A model generated the notes under the pieces. It was not told where the DNA came from, did no database searches, and saw only the letters and a list, made by a program, of their open reading frames with translations. A DNA stretch of 64,000 nucleotides from Chiloscyllium plagiosum (Eukaryota), in the NCBI RefSeq assembly GCF_004010195.1, contig NC_057718.1, positions 37,943,152 to 38,007,151 on the forward strand, written 5' to 3'. Position numbers and translations under genes: made by a program. Shown in pieces: positions 24,471-38,025 of the stretch (positions are counted from its first letter, which is position 1; the number at the start of each line of letters is the position of its first letter).

Positions 24471-26319
24471 CTTTAAAACAAAATTCAGTCTTTTCAGAAT
24501 TGAAAACAAATTAAAAATCCATTTTACAACTGTAATGTTAACACCCAATTCTTGCCTTCCACATTTCTTAAAGTTATGCAACCACAGCAGTAGTATACTG
24601 GTGTTTGTTGTTTCAGGTCTCCCAAATTAAAAAGGTAACTGGGTACAGGATGCATATTCAAATAAAAGGCAGATAATCAGTGGAAGAGCCCAATTCAAAA
24701 AGGAATTCAAAAAGAAAATTAATTTTAATGCTTTATTGAGAGTTTTCGGACCATCTGAAATAAGGCTATCAAAAACAATGATTTCCACCACCCCCATTCC
24801 AATTATCTAAGCAATAAGTAATTTTATGAGCAACAAAGCTATGGACCTTACAATATAGCCCCAGCAGAAAACAATTGTTGCCAAATTTCCTATTTCATCT
24901 ATGTTACGTGTAAAACAAAGCAGCAAGTTTTACTATTGGTCCATGCATTAATTTCAGAGAATATTACAAATTAAAGGTATGCTTCAATCCATTACATCAC
25001 TAAAATACAAGGTTATCTTCACACAAAGATGACACAAAATCAGGGTACATTTTGTAATTGCTTTCAGGTTAAGTAATGAAATTAGTCAAGATTTTCTCTC
25101 CCAATGGATAACAAGCTTTTTGTTTGAAAAGTTGTTCTATCTTTATACGGTACTTAAAAGACTGGGACTACCATCATTGCAAAATGGAACATCTCTCCTC
25201 AAAGATTTACATAATATATTGGAATATGTTAAATAAGAAAGGCATTACAATTTGCAGGCATCTACTTCATGAAATGCACAATTTGCTTAGTTTGCATAAT
25301 TGCCATAGAAATCACTACTATTCAGTAGCTGCAAATTGTTAAGAAAAATAATCAATTAGAAGTATTTAGTTTCAAAATGTTTCTTAGCTTTGAACTCTGA
25401 TTATTTAGGATGAAACTCTTAACTGGGCATTAATTATCCACTGAAGTATTGACGGTGGAAAAGCATTCATGAGCTTTCCTGTCCAGACTTAATCATGTAG
25501 TGGTTGGAAGATACAGGTAGTTCTCCACTCGCGATCACACAAATACCTAACACAAAGTACAGCACAGCCTGAATGAAGGTTTAAATCATATTTATTAATG
25601 AAACAAAAGCAAACTTAACACATTAGATTGAAAAAAATATTGTTAATGCAGGGACAAAGATCATCATCATCTTCACCACCTTCAGGTGCAGTTGAGGTTG
25701 CAAAAGTAGGTGATTGATTGGTCTTCTTACTGTTTCTTTGGGGTTGGTTTAGATTGAGAGATATGCAGGTACAAGAACAAACGAGAAAGGCAAATGGTGT
25801 GTATAAGAGTAATGCAATCCTGCAGGAATTATACAGGGTTTATACAGGAATTAAAGAACAATATTCTTGTCTCAAGAGAGACAGCAACAAGCAATCATTA
25901 GGTTAATTTTTGAGATAAAGTGCTCAATGTATAATCGCGTACCTCTCACATGCTCTGACGACAGTTGACATCAGCACATACACAGAATGGCATGGAGGCT
26001 TCAGTGCACGTAGACAATGACTGGGAGACTTGGATGCTGATATAGTTCACGTGCAGAACAGCGCTGAGGCTTTGGCGCTGACATCAGCGCATACGCAGAA
26101 CCAATTGTGCAAAACAATCACTGTTGGAATCATATTATTGCCAACAGAGATAAGCATTCTTGAAAACACCGTTCCCTAATTCTTCATTGACGCTACAGCT
26201 AAATCACACTGCCCAAACATGCTTTATATGAGAACTACCTTCAGTGGGATCCTGACCCCACAACCAACCATCTACTGAATTGCACAACCACTTTAAAATT
26301 CACACCAGGGAAGCATGAA

Positions 26320-27060
26320 GGTTCTGCACATGAATATAGTTAAATGAATGACTAAGTCGGTGGCAAAAGTAGAATAATGTGGGAAAATGTAGACTTATTC
26401 ACTTTGTTGCGCAAAATAACAAAACTGCATATTTTTCCAGTGAGAAACTAGTAAATATTGATTATCAATTGAGATTTGGACATTCTTGGTCACCAAACAT
26501 ACAAGTACAGCATAAATTAGGAAAGCAAATTCCATGTTGGTCATTTTTTGAGTTTGGACTACAACATCTAGCATGCTTTTCAGCAAGTGTACAGGATTTT
26601 GACAAAACCACACATGGAGTACTGTATACAGATCTGATGCCATATCCAAAAAGGACATACCTGTCTCATAATGGGCACCACAAAGGTTAACTAAATTTAT
26701 CCTAGGATAAGAAGAGTGCCCAAGAAATAAAGATGGAGTATAAGGGTCCAAAACTTTGTAGAACTAAGAAGCATCAGAACAGCGTGAGGGAATAGCCAGA
26801 CTAGACTAAGATGAGAAATTTCTGCACTCAGTGGATTGTCAAACTTTAGAATTGCCTAACTCAGGGGTTTCTGAAGACTCAGCAGTTTAGAATACTCAAG
26901 GAGTCGCCTGATCCATTTTTAGACACGAAGAAATCAAAGGGATATGGAGACTGGGCAGGAAAATAGTGTTGAGCTCAACATTCAGCCATGATCTGACTAA
27001 ATGGCAGAACAGGCTCGAGGGATGACATTACCTACAGTGCTCCTAAATATGTTCTTACTT
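26320..27060 (+). mobile_element. Decayed CR1 LINE 3' part
   Basis: NVGKC..IHF remnant; CR1 3' UTR CAGCCATGATCT...GGCTCGAGGG. Confidence 0.7.
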
Positions 27061-27702
27061 TCCTATTTGATGGGAATAGTAAGCCTCTGGTACTACAGTT
27101 ACAAATTATACTTCACTTTTAGATTTTAGATGCACAATGCATCCAAGTTCATTGTTTCAGATCACGATGCATAACAATAAGTTATTTTGCGGACTGTAAA
27201 TTATAATGTACCTGGTATTCATTTACTTATCCACTCCATGACAGCCCAATTACTTTCCTTTTCAAAAACTGCTGAGTGAGCGAACGGTTAACATTAGAAA
27301 ATAGAAATTTACCCAAAGACAGAGTTGCCCGCTCATTTGTTCTGAAGTTGTGGACAAAGCTGCATTTAATGCCCAAACCCAAGTTACTATGAAAAGATGG
27401 TGACGAGCTCTCTCTATGACCCTCTTAAGTCTTCATGCTAATGGCGCACACACACAATCAGAGCAAATACCAAAGATGATCCTTGAGACAGCACCTTCCC
27501 ACAATTACTTCAGTTTAAAAGGACAAGTGCAGCAGATACATGAGAACATCACTTACAAATTTCCCTCCAAGTCACTCACCATTCTGACTTGGAAATACAT
27601 CACAATTCCTTCACAGTTGCTGGGTCAAAATCCTGGAATTACTTGTGGATCAACCATAGCATGTCAACTGCAGTGATTTAAGAAGGCAGCTCACCACCAC
27701 CT

Positions 27703-28048
27703 TTAGATTTTTTTTAGATTATATTAGATTTTTAGATTAGATTAGATTACATTACAGTGTGGAAACAGCCTTCGGTCCAACAAGTTCACACCGACCCGCC
27801 AAAGCGCAACCCACACCATACCCCTACATTTACCCCTTACCTCACACTACGGGCAATTTAGCATTGCCAATTCACCTAACCTGCACATCTTTGGACTGTG
27901 GGAGGAAACCGGAGCACTCGGAGGAAACCCACGCAGACACGGGGAGAATGTACAAACTCCACACAGTCAGTCGCCTGAGGCAGGAATTGAACCCGGGTCT
28001 CCGGCGCTGTGAGGCAGCTGTGCTAACCACTGTGCCACCGTGCCGCCC
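27703..28048 (-). mobile_element. HE1-like V-SINE, full length, inserted in an older CR1-like 3' tail (about 27480-28120)
   Basis: Near-identical to the copies at 14284 and 50242; long (TAATC)n tail. Confidence 0.92.
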
Positions 28049-28196
28049 TTAAGGACAACTAAAGACAGGCAATAAGTGCTAGCCTGCCAGTAATGGCTCA
28101 AGTCCCACAAATGAACCAAAAATAACTTGAAATGAAAATTCATATTTGACTGCTATTATATCAACATAGTATTAAGCCTAAGCAATACAAGAGTGC

Positions 28197-28370
28197 TGAA
28201 AATGTGTTGCTGGAAAAGCGCAGCAGGTCAGGCAGCATCCAAGGAGCAGGAGAATCGACGTTTCGGGCATGAGCCCTTCTGCTTCTTGGATGCTGCCTGA
28301 CCTGCTGCGCTTTTCCAGCAACACATTTTCAGCTCTGATCTCCAGCATCTGCAGTCCTCACTTTCTCCTC
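28197..28370. mobile_element. Fold-back Penelope-type mini element, family A, with centre deleted
   Basis: Inverted arms; 14-bp direct repeat CAATACAAGAGTGC (28183-28196 and 28371-28384); only the GGGC-TCAT-GCCC-GAAACGTC half of the core survives. Confidence 0.82.
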
Positions 28371-28795
28371 CAATACAAGAGTGCACCAGGAACTACTCTC
28401 TCACTTCTTAGTTAAATGGCATTCCCATCAAATTGGGAATGACCTCTTGCATTACATTACCAATTTCACATCAGTGCACATATCTGACAGAAGTTTCCTT
28501 CTGGTGCAGATGAGGTAGTGTAACAACATTCCATGACTACATAATAGAAGGATCAATAAAAAATGGCAAATAATGTGGACTTTTACTGTGGCACTGTTAG
28601 TTTACAAATCAGCTCAAGAGGTAAAAGGTACTCTTTCTCACACAGGGAAATAAAAACAAAAACAGTCAACACTTTGTGAACAGGATAATTTGTCAAAGTT
28701 TTCTCCCTTAAGATAGATCTGCTTCCATACAAATCTATTTTCTGATAACATTGAATTGGAACAAAGCAATTCACTTAATAAACACTGGAATATAC

Positions 28796-28905
28796 CTTAA
28801 GTATCCATTTGATCATGTCCTTATAAACCTCCAAATGAGGAGAATTCTGCAAGGTTTCCAGCATTGCTAAAATGCTAGGTGCGTTTTCTGGAGCATCCCC
28901 AGGAC
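28796..28905 (-). CDS. UBR2: UBR2 exon 13 of 26 (CPGDAPENAPSILAMLETLQNSPHLEVYKDMIKWILK)
   Basis: CAG acceptor, GTATAT donor, 110 nt, phase 1 to 0. Confidence 0.93.
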
Positions 28906-29173
28906 CTGCCAAATAGTTCCAGAGTAAATTAAAATGTCAATATGCAAATAACCAACACTTGCATAACTTCACCTAATATAGTACACCTGAATAAAAGTGT
29001 AAGTTATTCTGATGAAATTTCTAGAACTTTTTATGAACAGGTGAAGGAAAGATGTGAATCTGGCATAAGAAAGAAAAAAATTTGAATGACCGAACCAAAT
29101 GAATAAACGGCACCTGTCTTATCTCAATTATTATTTACCAGGCAACAGAATTTTTGACAGAATCGATACATAC

Positions 29174-29276
29174 ATGAAAATTTTGAGGTGAAGGTAAAGG
29201 TCACATCACTGTCTGCACTTGCACTTTCTATTTGTTGTTTCTCTTCATTTAAAGCCATTCCAATCAAGTGCAAAAC
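29174..29276 (-). CDS. UBR2: UBR2 exon 12 of 26 (VLHLIGMALNEEKQQIESASADSDVTFTFTSKFS)
   Basis: TAG acceptor, GTATGT donor, 103 nt, phase 0 to 1. Confidence 0.92.
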
Positions 29277-30092
29277 CTATGTGAACAGGATTACGATATA
29301 ATGAAATTTATCTATTCAAAGTTAATCAAAATAAACAGACATAAGCAATAATAAAGGAAATAGTGCTCATTGGTATTTGGTTAATTTCTGCCATGGCAAA
29401 GTAGTAAGACAGTCCCACATACATACCCTCACAAATTTCTCAATCATAGTAGTGTCTTCATACAAGGTGCCAAGCACTTTCCAAAAAGTACAGAAGTAAG
29501 AAAACAATGTACTTCAAAAACAAGGTCAGCTTCCAAAAGTTATTTGGTTATGGCAGTGAGAGAATTGGAAATGAAGACGACTGACCTCAAACATATCTAA
29601 TAGTCAGTACACTGAGACCCCATTATCAGTGATAGAAAATGGACTTCCTGCTGATAAGAACAAAAAATGCAGATACCACTCCTATGTACATTTCCTATGT
29701 ATCACAAAGAACTGCAATCAGTTTACTGAGGCAAACTGAACGAGACAACGGGCAAAAATATCGGGTCTATGTCTGACCTTGAGAGTACTTGGATCTGCGG
29801 GTAGCAAAAGCAGATTCACAAATTGTGAAGACTGAATGTAAACAAAGGTAAATTTATACAACACTTTTCATGTTATTACATCAAACATTCTCATAAAGCA
29901 TGCCCATGATAAATGTGACTTGAGACTAAAAAGATCCCAGGAGTCGATGTCAGCTTAAATTCATACAAATTCTTCAACTGGGATTTCAATACAAAATGCT
30001 AATTAATGCCAGCATGTACATGGAAAATAATTAACAGCAGAAACACAGAAACAGACACTCAGACTACTCAGCCCTCAAATATGTTCCAATTT

Positions 30093-30421
30093 GATTTAAT
30101 TAGATTAAATTAGATTAGATTCCCTACAGTGTGGAAACAGGCCCTTCGGCCCAACAAGTCCACACCGACCCTCCAAAGAGTAATCCACCCTCACCATTTC
30201 CCTCTGACTAATGCACCAAACACATGGGCAATTCAGCATGGCCAATTCACTGACCTTCAGATTGTTGGAGTGTGGGAGGAAATCGGAGCACCCGGAAAAA
30301 TCCACACAGACATGGGGAGAACGTGCAAACTCCACACAGACAGTCGGCCAAGGCTGGAATCGAACCTGGGTCCCTGGTGCTGTGAGGCAGCAGTGCTAAC
30401 CACTGAGCCACCATGCCACCC
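30093..30421 (-). mobile_element. HE1-like V-SINE, divergent subfamily
   Basis: GGGTGGCATGGTGGCTCAGTGGTTAGCAC head, V-domain, (TCTAA)n tail. Confidence 0.9.
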
Positions 30422-30733
30422 TGGCTGACTTAACTCCATTATCTATCGCCAATTTCAATCCTGAGAATTTCAATAACTCATTGAAGATTTTTATTGTACA
30501 GTAATGTGAACAATGCTTTGAATTTCATGCTTAACTGGCCAAGCTTGAATTATAAGACTGTACCTAAAAAAACTTAGCTGGTTCCTTTCTGGTGAAATCA
30601 ACCACGTCACCCCAATTTACTATATTTTACTGACATGCTCCATCAGAACCCTCACATATAGCACTAATGCATGTGTTTAATAAACCAATCTCACTTCCAC
30701 TTTTATGTGAGCAAAACAGAACACACATACACA

Positions 30734-31037
30734 TAGCACTGCTGCCTCACAAGGCCACAGACCTGGATTCAATTCCCACCTCAGGCAACTGTCTGTGTGG
30801 AGTTTGCACATTCTCCCAGTGTCTGTCTGCGTGGGTTTCCTCCGGATGCTCCGGTTTCCTCCCACAGTCTAAAGATATGAAGGTTAGGTGAATTGGCCAT
30901 GCTAAATTGCCCATAGCATTAGGTGAAGGGGTAAATGTAGGGGAATGGGTCTGGGTGGGTTGCTCTTTGGAGGGTCGGTGAGGACTTGTTAGGCCGAAGA
31001 ACCTGTTTCCACACTGTAAGTAATCTAATCTAATCTA
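30734..31037 (+). mobile_element. HE1-like V-SINE, 5' truncated by about 20 nt
   Basis: TAGCACTGCTGCCTCAC...CCACACTGTAAG(TAATC)n. Confidence 0.9.
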
Positions 31038-31641
31038 AACATTGTGCCCAAAAACTGGACTCTACTCAACATGTTTTAGAGTACATAGGAGTAAAAACTT
31101 GCATTGTAGCTTGCTCTGGATACAAATTTGGCCCCACTTGCACACTTTTTCTGTCTAGACCAAATGAAAAAAAATTGCATAAATGTTATAGCTGGGAAGC
31201 AATGTACAATAGAAAAGATGACAAGGAATACAAATATAACTTTTGACCTCAGCTTTGATAACACCAAAAATCAGGACAGCCTCCCTTTTAGATGAGGGGG
31301 TAACAAACTCCAACATTTAAAAGAAATTCAAAGAGTTATTAACAAACTTTTTAATGACTTTTCTTTTGATAAATTCTGCACTATTCCCTCCATTGTGAAC
31401 TATTTTTCATCCCTATAGCTGTGTAATGAGTCTGCTCCAACATCTTTTTTAATATTTCAATGTAGGAGGATGAACCACTTATCTAGAAAGTAGCAGCAAA
31501 CAAAAAATGCCCCTCTATTTTGCCGTCCCAAAACCAGGTCAAACTAAAACAAAAGCTTATTTTCAGCTATGAAAAAATGAGATAAATTCCAATCAATGAA
31601 ACCATCTGACTTTGAAATGCAAAGAGATTATCAAAGCTTAC

Positions 31642-31796
31642 CCTTTGTAACATACTTTCAGTCCAAGCATGTCCATTTGGTTCCACAACCCACTGCAGGA
31701 CTGTTCTCAAGATATACATAAAAACATCTGACTGAAGGATGTTTACCAGACTGGCAAACAGGGGGCAAAAATGAGGAAGGACAGGAGGTGGTAGAG
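31642..31796 (-). CDS. UBR2: UBR2 exon 11 of 26 (ALPPPVLPHFCPLFASLVNILQSDV...WTESMLQR)
   Basis: TAG acceptor, GTAAGC donor, 155 nt, phase 1 to 0. Confidence 0.95.
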
Positions 31797-32173
31797 CTAA
31801 AACAAAGATAGTTTCATGAATATCATTATTGCAAAATGATTTCAACTTGTGCGCACTGGCTACATTTCACGTATAAAAATATTCAAAGTTAATTCATGTC
31901 TTTTGGATATAATTGACAACAAAACAAGCTAAATTTGCCTCCACACTCAAAAATACTCTCCCAATACTGCTCAAAAATCATCAGAAAATGAATTTCTGAA
32001 AGCACTCAGCAAATATTGTGTTGAATACCCCAATTCATATAACGTAAAATAATCATCTCTTGCCCCTTTCTAGCTTCCTATTGATTGCATCATGCCAGAA
32101 AAGGTTGTTAAAAATAGTTCACTGTCTTTTACTGAAGTAAATGAGAATACCTGGTTAAATACATTTAGAGACA

Positions 32174-32374
32174 CAAGCAGTCCTCGAATTGCAAACATGT
32201 TCCGTTCCCAAGTCTATTCAAATGTCAATTTGCACAAAAATTACAGCCATTGTAGGAACAACTGCTTTATATTATCCTAAGTACAGGCATTGTTCATATA
32301 TCAGATATTTAATATTATACCAGTGTACAGGATCGCGTTCATTACTTGGATGCTTGTAAATCGAGGCCTGCCTG
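32174..32374. mobile_element. MITE of Tc1/mariner-pogo (Tigger-like) type, about 200 bp
   Basis: Left terminal repeat CAAGCAGTCCTCGAATTGCAAACA versus right end reverse complement CAGGCAGGCCTCGATTTACAAGCA; TA on the right flank. Confidence 0.6.
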
Positions 32375-32711
32375 TATATCTGACAATTGTTACTCCTGAA
32401 AGTTATAAAGGTAACTCAAACTGCAATTTAGTTGCAAGGTATGTGTAACGATCAAGTAATTTCGAAAGGTGCCTGCCGAGATCTCTCTTAATCCTGACCT
32501 GATTGATTGGAAAGTGGAGAACTTACTGATCCATCTAATATTAACACAGATCACAATTTTGAATTGTCAAATATGGAAGACAGTGAATTAAAGTAAAACA
32601 CAAAGGACTCATGGAGCCACATTAGCTACCGTGTCAACAATGATATGTGAGCAGGCGACCTCCCAATCCAAAATGAAATGAAATAAAATTAACTCCAAAA
32701 TTTTAACATAC

Positions 32712-32760
32712 CCATGTCTTCTCCATTTTGCTTCCTCAACTTTCTTTGGGCTTCTTCAGC
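32712..32760 (-). CDS. UBR2: UBR2 exon 10 of 26 (AEEAQRKLRKQNGEDM)
   Basis: TAG acceptor, GTATGT donor, 49 nt, phase 0 to 1. Confidence 0.92.
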
Positions 32761-33459
32761 CTAAAGAAAAATAAAACACTAATATGAATTTATTTTTAGT
32801 GAGCACATTTCATAAGCACAAGCTTTTAAAAAAATAAAAAACTTTTTTTGAAGCCTTGCAAAATATATACTTATAAAAGTAAAGAAAATGTGAAACCTGG
32901 ACTAAAGAAATACAGTAAAGAAATACAGTAGTTTGGAGACAAATTCAGAAATGCCTCTCCAACTGTGATGGCACAATAATAAGTCAATGAGTTCATTATT
33001 CAAGTCATACATGTTGAAAAGTGATGGGATAACAACACAGAGTGGGGAAGGGAAGAGTGGAGGAAGTAAAGAATGATGCGACAGTCAGGAAGAACAAGGC
33101 TACAAAAGGCAGGGATGATCAAGTTAAGCATCTTTGTCAACTTTTCTTCTGACACCGGATGCTTTAAAATAAATGCTTTCCTTGCCCTTTATCGGTAAAT
33201 ATACAAATAATCAATAGAAATAAGTAGAAAATGTTGAAAAACAGTTCCAAAGGAGTCAGTGCTAATTGATATCCTTCTACTTTCCAAGACATTTCTTCAC
33301 TTTCAGTTGCCAAGGTCTAAGACCACAGAAGATGTCTGCTTATAATTGACTAGCTGTGATTTGTCACGACAGGACCAAGATTGCTCGGCTTTCAGAGAAA
33401 AAAAGATCTTAATAAAAATTAAGTTACAAAAGCTTATAAATGTGATGAAAATATTTTCT

Positions 33460-36400
33460 TTGATTTGAGGTCAAAGAGGGGAACGCATTTTTGATTGCGT
33501 TCAGCAGAATTTTCTACAGTAGTGTGTGTAAAGTTCAACAAGAACAGAGGCACTGCTAGATCTGGTTCTTGGGAATGAGGTGAAACAAATAGATCAATGT
33601 CAGTGGCACAGCATTGCAGGCCAGAGATTCTTACATCACGAGGCTTAAGATGACAGTGTTATATGGCAATCCATAGTAAGAATGGTTAACTGGCAAAGAG
33701 CTAACTTCACTCTGTAGCAAGGATGGAACAGTACTGAATAAACTGGAACCAAAGACTGTTCAGCTTCAGGTTTTCCAGTCAATATGTTGCCTTCAAAGAG
33801 CAGATGGCACAAATACAGTGAAGGTACACCCTCAAAAGAAAAAAGCAGTGCAAATGAATTCTCCAGCTCCCCGGGTGAAAACTAAAATAGAATTCAGATA
33901 AAGAAGAAAAAGCATGCTTATGCATAGTGTCAAGTCGAAAATAAAATTGAGAAACAAGTTGAATAAAACATGTATAGTAGGGAGTAGAAAAAGTAAGAGG
34001 AGCAAAAAGGGATTATGAAAAGAGACTGGCAACTAACATAACAGAGAACCCAAGTCTTTATCAGGTTCGCAAAAAGTAAAAGGGTGGTTAATAAAAAAAA
34101 CAATTAGAGACCAAAAGGTGGATTTACTCATGGAGGTTGGGGTCACAGCTGAGCTATTAAAAGGAGTATTTCACATTTGTCTTGACCAAGGAAGCAGATG
34201 GTACGCAAGCCATGGCTAACAGAAAAGGAAACCAGAGAAGGGTTCAAAATTGATAAGGAAGTGATATTGAAAAAAAGCGGACAGCACTTGAAGAATTAGT
34301 AAGATGCCAGGACCAGAGGACACGCATCCAAGGTGATCAGAAGAGACAGTGGAACATGCAGAGGCATTGGTCATAATGTTTCAATCTTCACCAAACTTAG
34401 GGGTGGTGCCAGAGGACTAGAGAATTCAATAAATTATGCCCTGACACAAAAAATATTTTGAGAATAAGCCCAGCAACTGCAGACCAGTTCATTTTATTTT
34501 GACAGTAGAAAAGCATCAAGAAACAAAATTTGTGATAAAATTAATAGACACATGGAAAAATGTGGATCAATTGGCAGTATTCAGCACCGAATTCCAAACG
34601 GAAAATCATGATAAGTTAATTTGCCGAAATCCTTTGAAGAGCTCACAGACTGGATTGATGACGGTAATGCTGATGTGGTGCTCATACACTTTCAAAAGAC
34701 ATTCAAATACAGTTCCACACAACAGACATTTGAGAAAAGTTATAATTCATGAAATAAAAGAAACTGTATTAACATGGATACAAAATTGACCAAATTAAAA
34801 AGAACAGAGACTAATGATTAATGGAGAATTTCCATGATGGAGTAAGGAAAATAGTGAAGTGTTCCATAAACAATATTTAGACTCTTGCTTTTCCTAATTT
34901 ATACTAATGACCTAGATCTTGGGAGGGCAGCAGACAACTTCAAAATTTGCAAATGTCACAAAACCTAGAAGCATTCTAAGTTCTGAGGACGACAGTGCAG
35001 AACTTCAAGTGGGCAATGTCAAGTTGGTGGAGTAGTCAGATAAGGTTCAATTCAGAGAACTATGAGGTGATACCTTTTAGGAGAAAGAGTATGGCCAGTG
35101 AGTATAACAAAGGGTGTGCAGAAACAGAGAGGCATGGGTATACATGCACATAGGTCCTTGAAGGTGGCAGGATAGATAGAAAAGGCGGTTAATAATAGAT
35201 ATTGTATTTTTTTCAAAAACCGCTATCTGAAATGAGAAAAAGCTATTTTAAAACCAGTATCTGAAAGTGTGCCTGCAGCTTTGAGAAGCAAGTAACCTGA
35301 TACCCATGCCAGGCATTGTGTTAACAAGTATTTGTACAAGTAGTAATTGAAATCTGTGTCACAGACAACGCGGTGCACTGATGCAGCTTTTTTTGGCAAT
35401 AAGAAGTTGACTGGTCTATGGGTTAGTCATCAGTTATCAATGACAGAGATCTTTTTATCTACCAAAAACTAAACAGCTTGGAGCTGGGAAAACGTAACAA
35501 AGTAAATATTCATTTCTCCTTGAGCTCAGCAGCAATCTCTTTGTTCTCTGCAATCAAAATTCACTTTAAACCTACAGCAAATCAGTTTATCTTTCCTGTA
35601 ACAATTATTGTAAATTGTGATTTTTAACAATCTTTTACTAATCAGGGAAAGACACCTGATGCAATTTGCTGGCCTCCAGAAGAGCAATGAGGATCTTCTC
35701 AACAACAGAACCGGGGAACAAAGACCCATTTTTCTCCTCAGTCTAAAACCTACTTTACCCTGTCTATTTGCGTATGTGCAAGGGGGACTCTCTAAGGGAA
35801 TTAGAGTTTTAATTAGTACAGTGTACCATTAAATGCTGAATGCTTGTATGTGTTTACCTGTAACAGACATCTAATTATTTATGACAAATATTGTGATTCT
35901 TCTTTAGTCCAGAAATCTTATCCATGCTCTCTCTCAATCTGGTTTGAAAGTTGGGTAAAGTGGGTAACATGGCATTCTTTAGAAAATCTTTATCTTTTGT
36001 GATGACTCCAGAAACAGCAGTGTGTAATTTCCAGCACACTATCCTAGTTAGTTGTAACAATAAAGCACCAGTACATGATACTTCATTCACAGGGCAAGAG
36101 AATTCAAAAATAGGAGGTTATACTGAATCTCCCAGACACTAGTTAGGTCTCAGGTAGAATACTATGGAAGCTACATTTTAGGAAAGATGGGAACATATGT
36201 GACCATGCAGAAGGGTTCATGAGAATGGTTCAAGGGATGACTCACTTCAGTTGTGGAGAAAGACCGGAAAAGAGAAGACTCTCCTTGTATGGAAAAGGCT
36301 AGAAAGACATTTGCCTCAAGTTTTCAAGTTGTGAGATCTAGTCAGATTTGACAAGGGGAAACAATCCCCACTCATCAAAGGATCAAGATCAACTGGGCAC

Positions 36401-36660
36401 AGGTTTCACATTTAGCAAATGATGTAAATGCAGAGAGAGAAAAGAAACATTTTCACATGGCAAGTGGTTAAAAAGTCTGGAATGTGTTGCTTGGAGAGGA
36501 GGCAAGTTCAATCAAGATAGTCAAGATGATCTAAACAGAAATAATGCAGAGTTTTGGGAAAAGAGTGGGAGAATGGCATTAAGCCATGATGCTCACTCAG
36601 AGCTGATGCAGACATAATAGGCCAAGCATCTTCTTCGACAATGACATAATTTTATGATAT
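33460..36660 (+). mobile_element. Old CR1 LINE ORF2 relic (end of endonuclease to 3' UTR), split by an insertion at about 35205-36110
   Basis: LLDLVLGNE, GVVPED, F.K.F.TVPH.R and IYTNDLD remnants; resumes at about 36112 and continues to the 3' tail. Confidence 0.7.
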
Positions 36661-37001
36661 TGAAAAAAAACCATGAGATGCATGATTAGAAGGGGAATAT
36701 TTCATGTTGAGAATTATAGTTTTGGTGCTCCTTATTTTGTCATCTGTACATGTCTGATTTGGCTTTAACTTAATTTATGCAAATTGAAAAAAAAATTACT
36801 CAACCTGTTCAGACATGTGATGACTGTCCTCCACGGCAGGTGGGACCTGAAACAGACCTCTGGCCCAGAACATGACAAACACTACTACAGCAACAAGACC
36901 CTTTCACTATTAAATACCTTAAATTAATAATTGAAGTATTGATGCGCGTACCTTCCACATTCATTCTATATTAAATGGATTTAACTATAAGATGTAATTA
37001 C

Positions 37002-37104
37002 CTTGGATTGGTCAGCCCTAGAATAATGATAGAAGAAGACATTAAATTCCTTGGCACATTCAGGTTTTAGCTCATAAAGTCCTCTTCCCGTTAATCCTGG
37101 TTTC
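37002..37104 (-). CDS. UBR2: UBR2 exon 9 of 26 (KPGLTGRGLYELKPECAKEFNVFFYHYSRADQSK)
   Basis: CAG acceptor, GTAATT donor, 103 nt, phase 2 to 0. Confidence 0.95.
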
Positions 37105-37215
37105 CTGTGACAGAAAAGTAAAGGGATTAAAGCACTAGTAGGCAGACAAGTAACAACAAGGTTAATTCAATTCAGTATTCAACTAATGTCCTCTTTCACA
37201 GAGTTCTATACTTAC

Positions 37216-37268
37216 TTGAACGAGGCTACAGATTCAATAACCCTTTCCATTCCGGTCTCTTTGTTCTC
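37216..37268 (-). CDS. UBR2: UBR2 exon 8 of 26 (ENKETGMERVIESVASFK)
   Basis: TAG acceptor, GTAAGT donor, 53 nt, phase 0 to 2. Confidence 0.93.
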
Positions 37269-38025
37269 CTAAGAGGGAAAAGAATCAGCAGGATGTACAT
37301 CACTTACTGAACTGATTACTCAATTATATATGTTTTAAATGCTAGGTATCCTAATCTCCATTTCATTTTGGGACCATAAAATGTTCATGCCTCAAATTAT
37401 CTTTTATCTATATATTTGTATTGTCTTGACCAGGTTAGGAGGGGTGAATTGATTCATTCCCTTCTCCCATTTTGTTGTGGCCACAACAGACTTGACGAGT
37501 TGACACTGTTGATTTAATATGTTTATAAATTGTAGCTCAATTACTATATTAGAAACAAGACAGTCAGGTTCCTCAGTTAACAAGAGTTAGGTTTCATTTT
37601 TTAAAAAGGCTCAAGCAAATATGTGGGAAGTATTAAAAAAAGATGTATCACAGAGCACTATTTTGGGTAAGTAATAGTTAAAGTTAGCAAAAGGAATTAG
37701 TGACAGATTGCCCAAATGTTAGTCTGTAGCTGAAGTAATTTCCACACGTTACGTTTCTATCAACATCCCTTCTAATAGTTGTTTTCGGTGGCTGGACCTC
37801 TGAGGTCAGAGAACAGCAGCAACTTCCAAAACCAGACGTTAATGCACTGGCATGCCAATCATATGAGCAGCTGCGCAGCTTAGAGAGAACACGGATCACA
37901 TGTGATTGGTTCTTCTGGAGACAGTGGTGTAGATTCAAACTTCTCATTTATGAATGCTGCATTCAAAGGGACCAGGTCTTTCAATAAATTTACAACTCTG
38001 AAACACTGATGAAGGGGGTTTTCCT

